A DNA stretch of 63,670 nt, counting the filler, from Hausera hauseri (taxonomy: Eukaryota), in the NCBI GenBank assembly GCA_046269625.1. It is 10 parts of 10 records of this genome, joined end to end, with 100 filler letters (N's around TTAATTAATTAA, not from the genome) between each part and the next. Parts side by side here need not be neighbours in the genome. Positions count along the whole stretch, not along the records: positions 35,149 to 40,922 come from JBJURY010155199.1; positions 41,023 to 45,469 come from JBJURY010576672.1; positions 45,570 to 59,594 come from JBJURY010710991.1; 7 more parts are not named here. One strand, given 5' to 3'. Below are positions 40,314 through 53,498 of this stretch, one piece after another (positions within the stretch are counted from its first letter, which is position 1; each line of letters begins with the position of its first letter). Made by a program: the position numbers and the translations under genes. Under the pieces are notes generated by a model that was not told the origin of the DNA, did not search any database, and saw only the letters and a program-made list of their open reading frames with translations.

Positions 40314-40922
40314 TGTTGTGCCCACATCAAGCGCCACCCCCTGGCCCATTCGGTTGGACACGGTCGGGCTTCCGCTGCCGACGCGTGGGGCACATAGGCA
40401 GGCCCCGATTTTCCGCCTCGAAAGAAGATAAAGGCAAAACTTGATAATTCGGATTATGAAAGCATCAAAGTGAATGATTCACAATATGAAACAAATGAAA
40501 ATACCAATGAATGACAGGTGGTTCGATTATCAATTTGTATTGTTGTATGCTGTTATGGTGGTTAAGTGAAAAATCTTCTGTTTCAATCAGCTGTTTTCTG
40601 TCTTTTTACTGATATTTCCATCAAGGTTGGCAGCGTATTTGTTCATGATTTGGTCATTGGATTTTATAGGACCCGTTCATTTGTACAGCATGCATTTCGA
40701 TTACGATGGCTACACGCTGGACATATCCGGTCTGGTTATGCTTCAGACTCAGAAATTAACGAGTCTTGCTTTTAATTTACTTGACGGTTATCGGATAAAA
40801 CGTGGCGATTCATTGAAAAACAAAAACCACGTAGCACACGCAGTAAAATCGTTACCGGATATTTTCAGTTTTGCCTCATATCTGTTGTATTTTCACGGGG
40901 TATTAGCTGGACCATTTGTATT
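40314..40922 (+). repeat. LTR-like direct repeat, copy 2, continuing into a second, internally deleted MBOAT copy
   Basis: 40314-40536 matches 36645-36867. The sequence then jumps to the equivalent of ~37177 and follows MBOAT to the contig end. Confidence 0.85.
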
Positions 40923-41022
40923 NNNNNNNNNNNNNNNNNNNNNNNNNNNNNNNNNNNNNNNNNNNNTTAATTAATTAANNNNNNNNNNNNNNNNNNNNNN
41001 NNNNNNNNNNNNNNNNNNNNNN

Positions 41023-41265
41023 TTTTGATTTGGCATGTGCCATTTCAGTCAATACACCATTGAACTTTTTGATTTTGTCGACATTAACCCTAATATTACT
41101 ATTGGTGATGTTATCCATAATTTGAATATAATCATCAATTACATAAGATGGCAGCTTATGAATGAGTTTCCATCTGAGTCGTTTCGGTGCTTGGAGTATA
41201 GTTTTAAAATATTCAATATTCCTGATAAATTGTTCTGGATGCTTACGTTCAACTTGATTTTGCAT
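41023..41265 (-). CDS. Small basic protein, probably a Maverick/adintovirus accessory gene (3'-truncated)
   Basis: It lies downstream of and co-oriented with pPolB. FIRNIEYFKTILQAPKRLRWKLIHKL…NITNSNIRV resembles a short helical protein I recall from such elements. Confidence 0.4.
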
Positions 41266-41609
41266 ATTTTAATCATGATAATACAATGTTATGTACCTAA
41301 CCCTTTAAAGTGATACACTCTATGATATATGTTTGGAAAGTCAAATAGGGTTAATTATATAGGTGCATAGAGTGAACTAAATGGGAGTATAGGATTAACT
41401 ATATAGGCTTATAGAGTTCGCTAAATAGGTGTATAGGGTCAAATGTATAGGTGCATAGAGTTAGTTAAATAGGGCAAAAATATATATAATGTATTTATAA
41501 ATGTATTGATGCACTGTATTGATAAGCGTATTCACTAATATATTGATTTATTGATTCGCTTCACAGGCACTGCTTTGATAGGACATGTTACCTATAATTC
41601 ACTTTAATT

Positions 41610-44600
41610 AGCCATATTACCTGCATATTCCATATATAGTACCTGCAGATTCCCCATATATGCTGCCTGTATTTCATACCCTATTATACAGGGGGCCGAG
41701 GCTTGCCCTCAGGGAGGAAAGACAGCTGTTGATGCATTGTGTGGATAGAAGCCGGATATTCCATATCGACCTCCAGTATATATCCCATATCTCCAGTGAG
41801 ATCTAGGTCCAATATAGGGATGATTTGAGGATTCTCGACTTATTTGAAGTTATCATATGTCAATGGGGCGCTCATTTCCCATTCATACAAGTTGTTGGTA
41901 TGCAGGTATGATATATATGACTATTGCTTTGTCGAGTCGTATTCGGCCATATACTTGTTGTTGGCCTCACTATACCTGTGGATGGCCTGGCATATTCCGC
42001 CTCCAATGCCTCGCTCAATCATGACGATCATGTCGCAATCCTTTATGATCTGCAGCCTGACACCTGTATATCTCAGCATAGCTGCCCAACTCATCCCTGG
42101 AGCCGTAAAGAAATGAGCCGGATCCCATGCGTGGCTCTTTATCGTGACATCCCTGAAACTCTCAAAGACATTCGTCAGAAGCAGTACGTCCGTCTTGAGG
42201 TATATATCGCTGTATTCTCCTAATGTTCGGCATTGGAATGCCTGCCAGACATTCTGAGCATACTGATAGTCCTCATTACTGATATTACAGTCCGATAGCT
42301 GGTTATAAAAGCCATCCTAGGGCGGTAACGTGGTATCATCCAGTGTTTCCCATGATGTTATGTAGTCGTAGGGAAACACTCCTTTCCTTTTAACTAGGTC
42401 AAATTTAGTGGAAAAGAACCGCTTCATCTCCTTGAGTTCTTCTGCAGCAAGGTTTTTCACTGAACTGTCAAGTGAAGACGACATGAAACGGAAACTGCCT
42501 ATGAAACGAAGCCTGATTTTCCCAACATGCTTCGTAAATGTGATGTACTTCTCCTCACTATTTGGGATCACCTCAATGTTTCCTTCAGTGCTGCCCACTT
42601 CCCGAACAATGAAGTGGGAATCATAGCCACTGAGGTTGTGAAAGACTACAGGCAGATACGTACATATTTTGCAACGTAGATTGCAGTTGTTGCATGCCAC
42701 ACCTCGATATTTGCCTGAAAATGGCAATGATCCCTGACTTTATAATTATCCTTAGTGAATGATTTGGAGCACAAGTAACATGCTGTTGACTTGCGCCAGT
42801 CTTTTTGATGCTTCGACATTCTCATGTCGTCCTTATGCTGCTGCTGCATATCTCCAATCCTATTAGCCATACCTTCAAGTCGTTTCATGAAATGAGCTGC
42901 TGTGCCTGAACCCCTGAATAGAAATGGTTCACTGTCCAGTCCTTTGGCATACATGCAATATGATCAGAGCTCATGATATTGGTATGCCGTTGTGCTTCTA
43001 TGTTGTGGATTAGGACTGCAACTCTGAATTGGACGCAGAATAGCTTCAATGTCGCAATAGACAACTTTTGGGACCTTGAGCTTGTTCTCCAACTTCTTGA
43101 ATTCAATGTAGCCCTCCTTGGGAAAATCTGGCCTGATACAATAATTGTTGCTGCATTACATTTTGTGCTGTGCAAGCTTGTCCACTGCTTCATCACCGCT
43201 GAAATAGGAAAAGCATAGTTTGCATATTTCGATTCTTGTTGTGTGTTTCGTAATTTGAGATCTGACTAGACGTTCATAGTTTTTACCCACATGTAATGTT
43301 TCTTTTCTGCATCGTCTTGTAGGAGCAGATCCCTATGATCTTCCAATTCAACATCACATATTTGCAGGGGACATATAATTTATCATCATCATCCAATCCA
43401 GTGATGTTGATAGATATATTGTTGATTCGACTGAACTTCTTGACTTCATCTATGGATGGCGGAAACTTAATACGTTGGAAGTCACAGTTGTGTTGCACAT
43501 TCTTATATAGCCAAATTCGTGAAGCATTATGTTGATCCCGTACGCGTTTTGATAGAATGGCATACATGAAACACATGTTGTTATTATTATGGACATTGAT
43601 GCATGCGTTTTTCTGCCGATTCCATACAGGGAGCCCTATATATAAACTGTCCCACATATGGGAGTACTTGTGCACATACATAAGCGGTTTCTTGATGGCT
43701 GCCAGGGTCCATCCACTTTTCTTATCCTGGCCCTCCTCAGCCTCCTGCATCAGCTCTTGTGTTCCTCATGCAACCATTCTGCTATATTGGTGTTTTCTAA
43801 TATGGGCCTATTTTGAGTCTTGAAGGCCCTATTGGATTCTTCGCCATCAACATTGATGTATGTGGCCTTAGTTTCATATTCACCTTAAGGGCTTTGAGCT
43901 CAGCCATGTTGTCCTGACGTATTACCTCTGTTTCTTCCTTTGTGTATAATAGGAACTCTCGGAGGGTTGTTTAACCAGTTGCATCAATAACATATCTGCG
44001 GCATTTTCTCTTTAATGCTGCCGCATAAACTGGCCGCTGTCTTTGGCTTTTTGATTGAGCCGCTACGTCTGATGCGACTGCGCCTGATGTGGCTACGCAT
44101 GATGTGGTTGCGCCTGATGCTGCTCCGCATGATGCTGCTGCGCGTTTCAATTCTCTAATATGCTTCACAGCTGCTGCACCAGATCCAGCGTCATAATGTG
44201 AAGCAGAATACTGCAAAGCATCATACTGTGAAGCATCATACTGTGAAGCATCATTATGCTGCTCATTATAGATGGCCTTCTTCAACTTTGATTTGAAATC
44301 TGTCAAATGGGCAATATGATCTTCATAAAACTGAATGTATACTCCATCACATACAGCCTCACATCCTGGACAAATATAATACAGGATCCCCTTGCATTTG
44401 TAGCCATAGTAGTTCCGCATGTTTTCATGACAATTCTGAGGGTTGTGTAGTGCACATGTGCAATACGCGTATGAACTGCATCCTTGACTTTTTTTAGGCG
44501 TGAAAGTTATTATTGGCATGTTCGTATTTGTTTTTTCGACTTTGTGAGGGAAATCAGGTGATGTTTATGGGCATTGTAAAAGTCCTCATAATTGGTTTGG

Positions 44601-44735
44601 CACACTACCTCACATGTAGGGCATATATCATACTCAGAAATGTTGTAAATATGGCTGAAATACTTCTTAATGACATTGTGGCAATTTTCATGCTCGTGGA
44701 TTTGAGCCAAGCACTGTTTGTAGAGTTTGCAAATC
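41610..44735 (-). mobile_element. Second decayed Maverick/Polinton/adintovirus-type pPolB, with N-terminal Cys/His repeats and endonuclease-VII-like insert; 3' part missing
   Basis: SGWTL…YIGLP…ACINVHN…CFMYAIL, CYLC…KVRDHCH-SGKYRGVACNNCNL, PVVFHNLSGYDSHFI, NSEEKYITF, SFRFMSSSL and RKGVFPYDY. Confidence 0.88.
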
Positions 44736-45725
44736 TAAAAATCAACCAATTATTTGAGGAGCACAAATAAAAACTCGCCATTCGTGGAATTAATTTTGGA
44801 AATAATGAAATATATCGCCATATCAACACACACTGCCTCGTTTATTGATTTTTAAATTTTGAATTTTTGATTATTTTCTAACATTCTAGACCACTTTGTT
44901 TTAAATGCATGTTGGCACAAAATTTAAGGTCTTCGACCAAGGTGAATCGAATGACGTCATTAGACTCTTCGAACATTGCACGCTTGACCAAGTTTTCGAG
45001 TTCGAATATCGATTTTATCGATTTCGAATAATGTATTCGAATATCTAACAGAGGATTATAAATCGCCATATATGGCTTCCTATGTGTGCGCTATCAGATT
45101 TATCGATTTCCGCATCATTGGTCTTTAAATGCAGATTTTGCTTAATTCGATTTATTAATTTTATACCTATATAGTACATTTTCATGGAATATCTTTAATG
45201 CACCTAGGGGTTTTCGGACATGGGAAATCGAATACCGTCGCCAGATTTTTCGAAAAGTTCGATATTCGATATTTGAAGGGGAAAATATTCGAATTTCGTA
45301 CATTCGACTCGATATTCGAGATCTCCATACTCGACTTCCTATCTGTCTCCGCTCAATGTGATATAGAAGTTTGAGTTCTTAGGGCAAATAAAACCTATGG
45401 GAAATCTGCCTCACTTGCACTTTGAATCGATATTATTCGAAATCCACTCGACCGATTTAAATTCTAATTNNNNNNNNNNNNNNNNNNNNNNNNNNNNNNN
45501 NNNNNNNNNNNNNTTAATTAATTAANNNNNNNNNNNNNNNNNNNNNNNNNNNNNNNNNNNNNNNNNNNNAGTCGAGATCTGATAAACTACGCAAGGCACC
45601 GCACGCAAGTGCAAACATTCTAACGAGAACGTTAGGACTTATCTGCTTAATATCATTTAAAAATTCGAGTTTCCGTATTGTTATAGTTGGGTGTTGGATA
45701 GGGCCCACCTTCAACTACTAACATT

Positions 45726-45743
45726 TGGGGACCCTAACAGGAC
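45726..45743 (+). other. Candidate primer-binding site after the LTR end (…AACA-TT-TGGGGACCCTAACAGGAC)
   Basis: CA followed 2 nt later by TGG, about 290 bp upstream of gag. Partial resemblance to a tRNA-Trp-type PBS (TGGTGACCCCGACGTGAT). Confidence 0.5.
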
Positions 45744-46011
45744 AGTTTGTACTTGCTAGACTTGACTTTTAGTGAAAAATAACGACATATTAGCGATCAG
45801 CGCTACCACATCAATTAATTGATTGCAGATTGTTGTGAAATTAAAATTTGGGATTATAAAGAAACCCTCAGTATTATAACGACATATTATTGAATTAAGA
45901 TCGAATATTGATAGACATAAGTCAGATGATAACTTAAATCTCATTCTAAACGGTAAAGAGAATATTAATTTTTGTGAAACACGTAATAAAGTTTATAGAC
46001 AAGGTAAGACG

Positions 46012-47264
46012 TTGAGTAGACGCACTTTATCTGAAACAAATTTAAGTGATACTGAACCTATTGACTTAAACGCTGTTGAGCAGCCTATTGAATCCAAGGT
46101 TCCTGATAAAAGAATTAGAACTCGTAAGGTAGTTAAGCAAAATCTTATAAACGTCGAAAATATGGTTGAGAATCAAGCAATAGCGCAAAAGTTGGACATA
46201 TTTACATTCGATTCGATGAATCTTCCGGCGTACGACGGAGACCCGGACGGACTTAATGAGGTCTGAAGGACATATAAGTTGCATGCAGAAGGTTCCGGAC
46301 TTGCATCTAACGTAATGATTAAGCGCCGGTCCTTATATTTAAAGAATTTGGCCGCTGATGCTTATAGCGAACTCACCGATGATGAAAAGGAAACTTGGTC
46401 CTCCCTGGTAGGAGCCTTGAATCGAAAATTGTTACATACTGTAACTCCGCAACAAAAGCTCATGGCTTTTCAGAATAGAGTACAACAAAGGGTGAATCGA
46501 TAACCCAATTCGCTTTTACCTTAAAGAAATTGGCAAACAGTTACGTAATCACCTTAAGGATAGCAAACATAGCCAAGGCTAAAAACGAAGCAAAACGTGA
46601 AGCCTCAGAAAAGGCAAATCCTCTAGATTTGGACGTCATGATGATGACGCAGTTAATAAACGGTATTTGGTCTAAAGACATAGTAAAGCAACTGATTCTA
46701 GCACGTCCGGAAAATTTTGATAGGACATTGCAATTGGCCCAGGACTTAGAAATGGCATTGGATAGATATGCCAGAAAGAATGACAGAAATGATAGAAATA
46801 ATGATCAAGTTGAACGAAGCGATAGAAATCGGAACAATAGAAATGGTAGACGATATAACAGGAATTATGGGGATCGGAACGAGAACCGTAATTATGATCG
46901 CAGAAACGATCGATACAGTAACCAGAATTTTGATAATAGCCGAAACAGTTTTCCTAGTAAACGAAATTATCATACAGATAAACGCATAGATGGCTCTAAA
47001 ATTTTTAATCGTCAGAACGACAGCCGAAATTACGATAATTGCCAATATGGAGACCCTAGACAGGCCCCTTCGCAACAAGACTACAAAAGAAATCCGAGCA
47101 GATCGAAATCTCCAGTGAACGAAGATGGCCCACAAAGGATCGGGAGAATTGGCAACTTAATCTGTTACATGTGCGGACAAGAAGGACATATAACGAGATC
47201 CTGTCCAAACCCGCGAAGTGTCTCGTTTGTGGAACCTAGTAAAACTAATGTAATTAAAAATTAA
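46012..47264 (+). pseudogene. gag (capsid, R/N/D-rich linker, CCHC knuckle)
   Basis: LPAYDGDP, YLKNLAADAY, QLINGI and CYMCGQEGHITRSC; internal stops. Confidence 0.85.
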
Positions 47265-50200
47265 AACTTAGAAGCAATTTACGGTGTCCGTACAGACACG
47301 GGTATGATCATTGAGATACAAGACTTACGACGCTTTTTAAAGGCCCAACCTGATACTAAAGACCCTAAAGTTTTAGTGGCTAGGAATGAATACGAGCATA
47401 AGGTACGATTATTAGAAGTTTATCACGGTCTACGCGAACCAGAAACGGAATGTGAACGTTCCATTGTCCCACCAAGGCTGAGTGATATAGCACGGAAAAA
47501 GAACGTTCCTACGATAAACAGAGTCGATCGAAACAGGAAAACCTGAGACTCCGGGTAAGGTAGATTTAGATGTAGAACCCGAGTATACTATAAAAAAGGT
47601 ATCCAAGGAGGCCGAGGCCGACGAAAAAAAGAATTTCTGGAACCACATACTTAAAATTACCAAGAATAGAGGCCGTAACCCATCGTTGAGACGAAAACGC
47701 AAGAATGGTTCGAGATCCCCAAAGATTAAAGAAAAGTCGAGCACCAAAAGAGAAACCGAAATCGCTTTGGAAATCGACGAAGTGTGCCTCGAACGTTCCG
47801 GAGATTGACCTAGTTACGCCGAGCGAAATGGATGAGCCGACGAAATCTATAAATGAGATAAACGACATATGTCCTTTACCTGCTAGTGAAGAGGAAACGG
47901 AACAAGAAGAGAAACTGGGTCCTAAAAAGTGGAAGATTAGGCGTTCGTGGAAAAATGCCGACGAATTAAAAAGAATGAGGATAAACTGCTTCAATCCAGA
48001 GGTAGTGCAACAAAATTTAGAGAAACTAAAGGCGATGAGTGAGCAAGTGGATATCTCGGGCAAAGAACAGCTGTTTGTAGAGAGATTATATGAAAAGATG
48101 AAACTATATAGTGAAGGAAAATTAAGCGAAGCTATAGATTTAGATCAGCTGGAAGAAGTGACAAAAGAAACACTAGTCAAATGGGAACACGAACTAGAAA
48201 AATGGATGAAAAGAGAGATGAAGCTTCCGGAGACGTGGAATAAAACTACCCAAGACATTGAAGATAAAGTTAACCAAGCTCAATCTTTATTAACTACATT
48301 GGAAGTCAATCCGAAATTAAAAAGAGCAGCACGTAATCTAGAGCGTGTCATGAATGAAATTAGATTTGTAACAGTCGAATGACTCAATGGAAAACCGGTC
48401 AAAGAACGAGATGCAAATGACCTAGAGATGATGGGCATAGATGCCATAGATATTCCACCCTTGATGGAAATGGTAAATGTCGCTTAAACGGCATCAAGGC
48501 AATATACAAGTCTTGAAAATCGTATTAGGATTGAAGCCGAAAAACGGTCGCAGATATATGGGCTAAGGAACAGAATTGTGCATCTAAATAACGACGAAAC
48601 ACGAAAAATAATTATGGCTTGCATCCTCGAGTTCGATGAATACAAAGACGAGTTTGACTATGCCTACCGAATCATCGATTATATTAAAGGTCCAGATGAC
48701 GAGCTAGAAGACGCTCGAAAATTGTTGAACAAAGCAATACTGGCAAAGCCAGAAATCGCTAACTAGTTGAAAGAATGGTCCGAAGTAATAACGAGGCTGA
48801 GTAAATTAGTAGCCGATCGAAAAAGGAATTTCCGGAGAGCGAACCTGCAGTAAAGAAGCGATTAGAAGACGCCCGAAATCTAGATACGATGAATGCAGAA
48901 ATTGACATCCGAACCCAATTCGAGGCATTACGCCAATTGAACTTCATGGAAAAGAAACAAGAGATGATACTAGACGATATATATATATAAGATGATCGAA
49001 GAAACAAACTTCATGCGAAAGCGAAATGTGACTTATGATTTCTACCCACGATTACGAGATGTCCGTCGGAATGGAATACGGTGGTTGACAGCCAAACCTA
49101 TCGAAGAAATCTCGATTCGAGATCTTAAAACCTTGGACTTTTGTCCCGAATATTGGTCGATCGTTGAAGAAACGGTGAAGTTCTTACACTAGCCGCAGGA
49201 ATGGATGGACGGAACGGATCAGAGACATCATATGGAACTGATTAAAATAAAGAATGACCACCACCTTAGCTTTGAGTAGATCAATTTTGTAAAAAAATTT
49301 ATTAGATGCGATAGATCCGAATTTAAAGTGTATTAACGAGATGTACGAATTAGCGCTATTTATGGCAGAAATGGCAGAAATTAGTGACGAGAAACTAAGA
49401 CAATTGCTGCAGCAGATGCAACAAGTCGAGGAAACTTGCATTAAGGCGAAACAGAAAGCGATGGGATTAGACGATCTAGCTAGAGAACTCGAAGTCTATA
49501 AATAAAAATACGTCTTTACATAAGCCGAAAAAGCTCACAAGTCACAATTCGTTTAAAGATGGCAGAGATGTCATGTCTGAACTAACGAAATATGAAGAAA
49601 ATGGGTTAATTTCCCCCGAAGAACTATGTTCGTTATTAACAATGCTCCACCAAACACCCTCTAATGGGCGATGTTTCCGAACGACGAAAATGGTCCAAAT
49701 GCAACAGAAACTACAAGAACTCAGAAAAATTACATGGACCGCAAGTGTGGATAGACCAACGGATGTACCGTCAAGGGACCATCAACTCCCGGATAACGAT
49801 AATGAAACAGAATGGGAGGCATATTTAGACGCAATGATTGCCGAGAATCCCAAAACCCTAATACTATTGGATGAAATGGAAGTATATTTTCCGGACCAAA
49901 GGTTCAACGTAGGAATGCTTCTGGACCCGGTACACACCGAAAAAGATTTAATTCAATTAATTGAACTGAACCTCACTGAAAATCAATTGAGACATCTAGT
50001 CCTACCTTAACTACGTTAGCTAGCGAAGGTACGACTTCCAGTACGGTACCTAAGCTTTTACTCAAGGAATATGCTAAAATCTTAAAGGCAAGGGCAGAGG
50101 AAATGATCCCAGTAAAGATAACATCAGACTGGATGGACGAGAAGGAATAAGAGTTTACTACGCGCTCCCTTATGAAGGATGTATTACTGTGGATAAAGAA

Positions 50201-51044
50201 CAATGGATAGGGCCCATGAGCTAAGCTATAGACTCTATTTTAGAGGAAGGATACTAGACGAGTCGGAATTATTGATAGAAGTTAGAATTATTCCAGGTGA
50301 GGTAAACCGGTTAGTGGTACCTATTGCCATCGATGAAACAAAGGAGGAGGCCATAAGAAAAGCTAAAGCAGAACAACAGGTAGGACAAATAATAGGAGTC
50401 CGAGATCCAACAGTATATTTCGAGTACCTGCAGAAAAATGAAGATAATGAACAATACGATAAGAATTTAGTACCCATAAATAGCAATGTACCTATTATAA
50501 CAAAACAGAAGCGTTCTGTCGGTAGGCCGCGGAAAACACGAGAGGAAATCGATTACAATGGAGATTTAATCAGAGTTGAGACAAATGTCCATACCGACCT
50601 TTAGTGCGGATAATGAGGAACTGAACGAACTTATGAAAGACTTGATACGAATAGTAAACCACTCTAGCCTCGGCGGTGATGTATTAGATGAGAAAGAGAA
50701 AGCCATAGCGAACGCCGCAAAGGCTATGAAAGGCCTTCGGTGTAAATTAACCAGAAGTATTCTAAGCGATGAAATGATAATCGAGAAAATTATGGTAGAA
50801 AACACCATAGAGGAATTGAGAAAAGTGTTGCTATATCTGGCCATCAGAACCAAACCGAACAGAGAAAGTGAATTTAACAAGGCTCCTTGCTTGGCAAGGA
50901 AGGCTGCCAGGAAACTGCCCCGAGAAGTGGATTGGACGAAGCTATTCGAAAAAGAAGAGCATCAAAATATATTCTTCTTCGATAACAATAGATTCGGAGA
51001 TTTGCTACGAAACGTGACTGGAAATCGCAGCGGAAATGAATCGA

Positions 51045-52900
51045 ACTGGCTAATCAATTTTTTGACCATGATGATGTTAATAAGGCAAATGGGCGCAGTC
51101 ACAGTATATGATTGTGACAAATTCAGACTTGGCCAAAAATATTCGTTAATGGACTTCGAAATGTGCGAAGATGCGAGGCCTTACAGATTAGAAACAAAAG
51201 AGAAAAGTTATATATTATATCAACAACGCGAATTACTTACATTGAACGGAATAGAATATATGTTGCGGCGATCTCGCAGCATTTTCCATTGTGGGCTGGT
51301 ACATGAATACTCATCAATAATTAAGCCAACAACCCCACTAATTCCGATGAATTTAGAGCGACAGCATTGTAAGCAAGCTAGAGAAACGGGGAGAATAAAA
51401 TGGGACGGTATGGAAATGGAAATGCAGCAAGTGAAAATAATCAGTGTATGAAGTGGCAGTAGGAAGACTGGATATGCACACCGGACACTGTCACGGTGCG
51501 GAATACGATACCGGAAAGGAATTAGGGTCAAACATCGTGGTAGTGGATTTTTACGAAACCGAAATGCGTATACAGAAAGTGATGTTTTATAGCGTTACTA
51601 AACTTTACACCGAGAACCACAAGTGCCACATTCAGGATGGCACATGCCTGTTTTGATGTTCCGTAGTAATTTGGGAACCCCCAGCCAAGACCTATTGCAA
51701 CTTTATCAGAATTAAAGAACTTAAGTTCAATGAGACGACAGGAAAACGGTATATAAGTAGCACAGAAACTAATTCTAAAACACGAGATGTAGCCGAACAG
51801 TCCACACCCACGATACTGATTTCTGATACTCATGGATTAAAATTTGTAAAAAAGGCTATGCTCACCAGATGCGACGTCGCAATGTACGCCACCAACTATG
51901 AAGCATTTTTCGTAGCCGAGACAGAAATAAACGCCAGAACGTTCAAACTCGAGACTCAGGGCATCCGGAGTGAAGACTATTTGAAGAACAGAGACGACTA
52001 TTTCTATTATAAAGGACAAGCCGGAATAGCCGAGTTATACCACAAAATGATAACAAATGACTGTAAATTGGACTATGAAATCATGAGAATTAAGCTGGCC
52101 CTGATATACGCCAATCCCGAGTTGGCATCACCAGTAATTCCGATGAAGGAGGGTGTTTTTGGACGAGTAACCGGAGAAGTCTTATTTTACCTATGAATGA
52201 GAAGAAAGACGTACCGATTAATGTGGAAGAGAAGAGGTGTATACAAGAACTTCCAGTGATATATTAGGACGTACTGAGATTAGTAACACCGATTACCAGA
52301 GTGTTGTTGGCAAACGCCACTCAACCGACAATTCTGAGAGACTGTAAAACCAGCTTAGGAGAGCAGATGTTCAGACGTAGCGAGACCGACTGGGTAAGTC
52401 TACCGAACGGCGGTATTATCGCATTACCTAGCAAGCTTACAGGAACAAACCTGATAAAAGGAATAACCGGTGATAAATTTCAAGATACAGCCGCAAAAGG
52501 TATTTACCGACCAAAAGACGTAGAGGCGTTTAGACAATTTTTCGCTTTTCCCCGCCGACGTACACATGAATTAAACAGCAATGCATACAATATTGGAGGA
52601 TTCGCGCTACCAGGCGAAATGGGAATCGTTACTTGGTGTTTGTTATAATAAAAAAGTAACTACAGAGGTAATGTATAAAGTCTGGGGAAGATTCCTGATG
52701 TTCGGACAAGCCGCGTCAGGATTTCTAGCGATATATTTCTTAATTTAACTGATAAAAGCTATAATTCAAGCAATCATAAATGGATACGAGATATTCACCT
52801 TGACCGCATTTTCGTGCAAAATTTTAACGGCTATCATTACACCCTTTAGCAAATTCCTAAAGGCTTATGAAGAGAGTAAATAGAAAACAGGTGTGGAGCG
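51045..52900 (+). pseudogene. Chuvirus-like / gB-like class III viral fusion glycoprotein (env), decayed
   Basis: Signal-like WLINFLTMMMLIRQMGA, then VYDC…YSLMDFEMC, RSIFHCG…C..ARETG, CHIQDGTC, DYLKNRDDYFY, GVFGRVTGEV, CIQELPVIY, VTPITRVLL, and C-terminal WGRFLMFGQAASGFLAIYFLI-LIKAIIQAIINGY. The motif order is the one I recall for chuviral/retroelement glycoproteins. Confidence 0.72.
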
Positions 52901-53498
52901 ACATGTTGACTACCATAATTGAAAACGTAAAAGACGCATATTTGATTACGGGCAAAAATTCATAGATAGTAAGACACGAAGAAACAATTCTGATGATGAC
53001 GAGCCTAAAGGAGGAGACGTCATCTCCGGGCCGAGCAGGCACAAAAATTACTCTGTTATGAAACTACCATTACCAATATTGCCGCCAACGTCACCCATAT
53101 ATGAAGATTGCGAGAACCAATCTATGAGCTCGTGTCAGACAGACGTCTATCGGAAGCCATTTAACCTAGAGGATCCTTACGAAGGAACAAAACGCTATGG
53201 GATATTGCGTAAGATCCACGGAACAGAGAGAACCTCGGCTCCATACTATCGATCAGCAGTCGACGACCACGGTATAATTTACTCACCTAGAATACCTAAG
53301 CCAAACGAAAGACAGTCAATATTTACCGGAAGCCGTGAAACACACCATCTCAGAAGCCAAGAAATTCAGCCGCCAGCTAGAAATCAAGGAATAAAAAACA
53401 CGAATGGCATGACTAATGAACTATACCCAATCGGAGAATTATGACATCTAATTGACCAGCCAGTCGGAACCACTGAAGTTACCATAAACGGCTACAAG

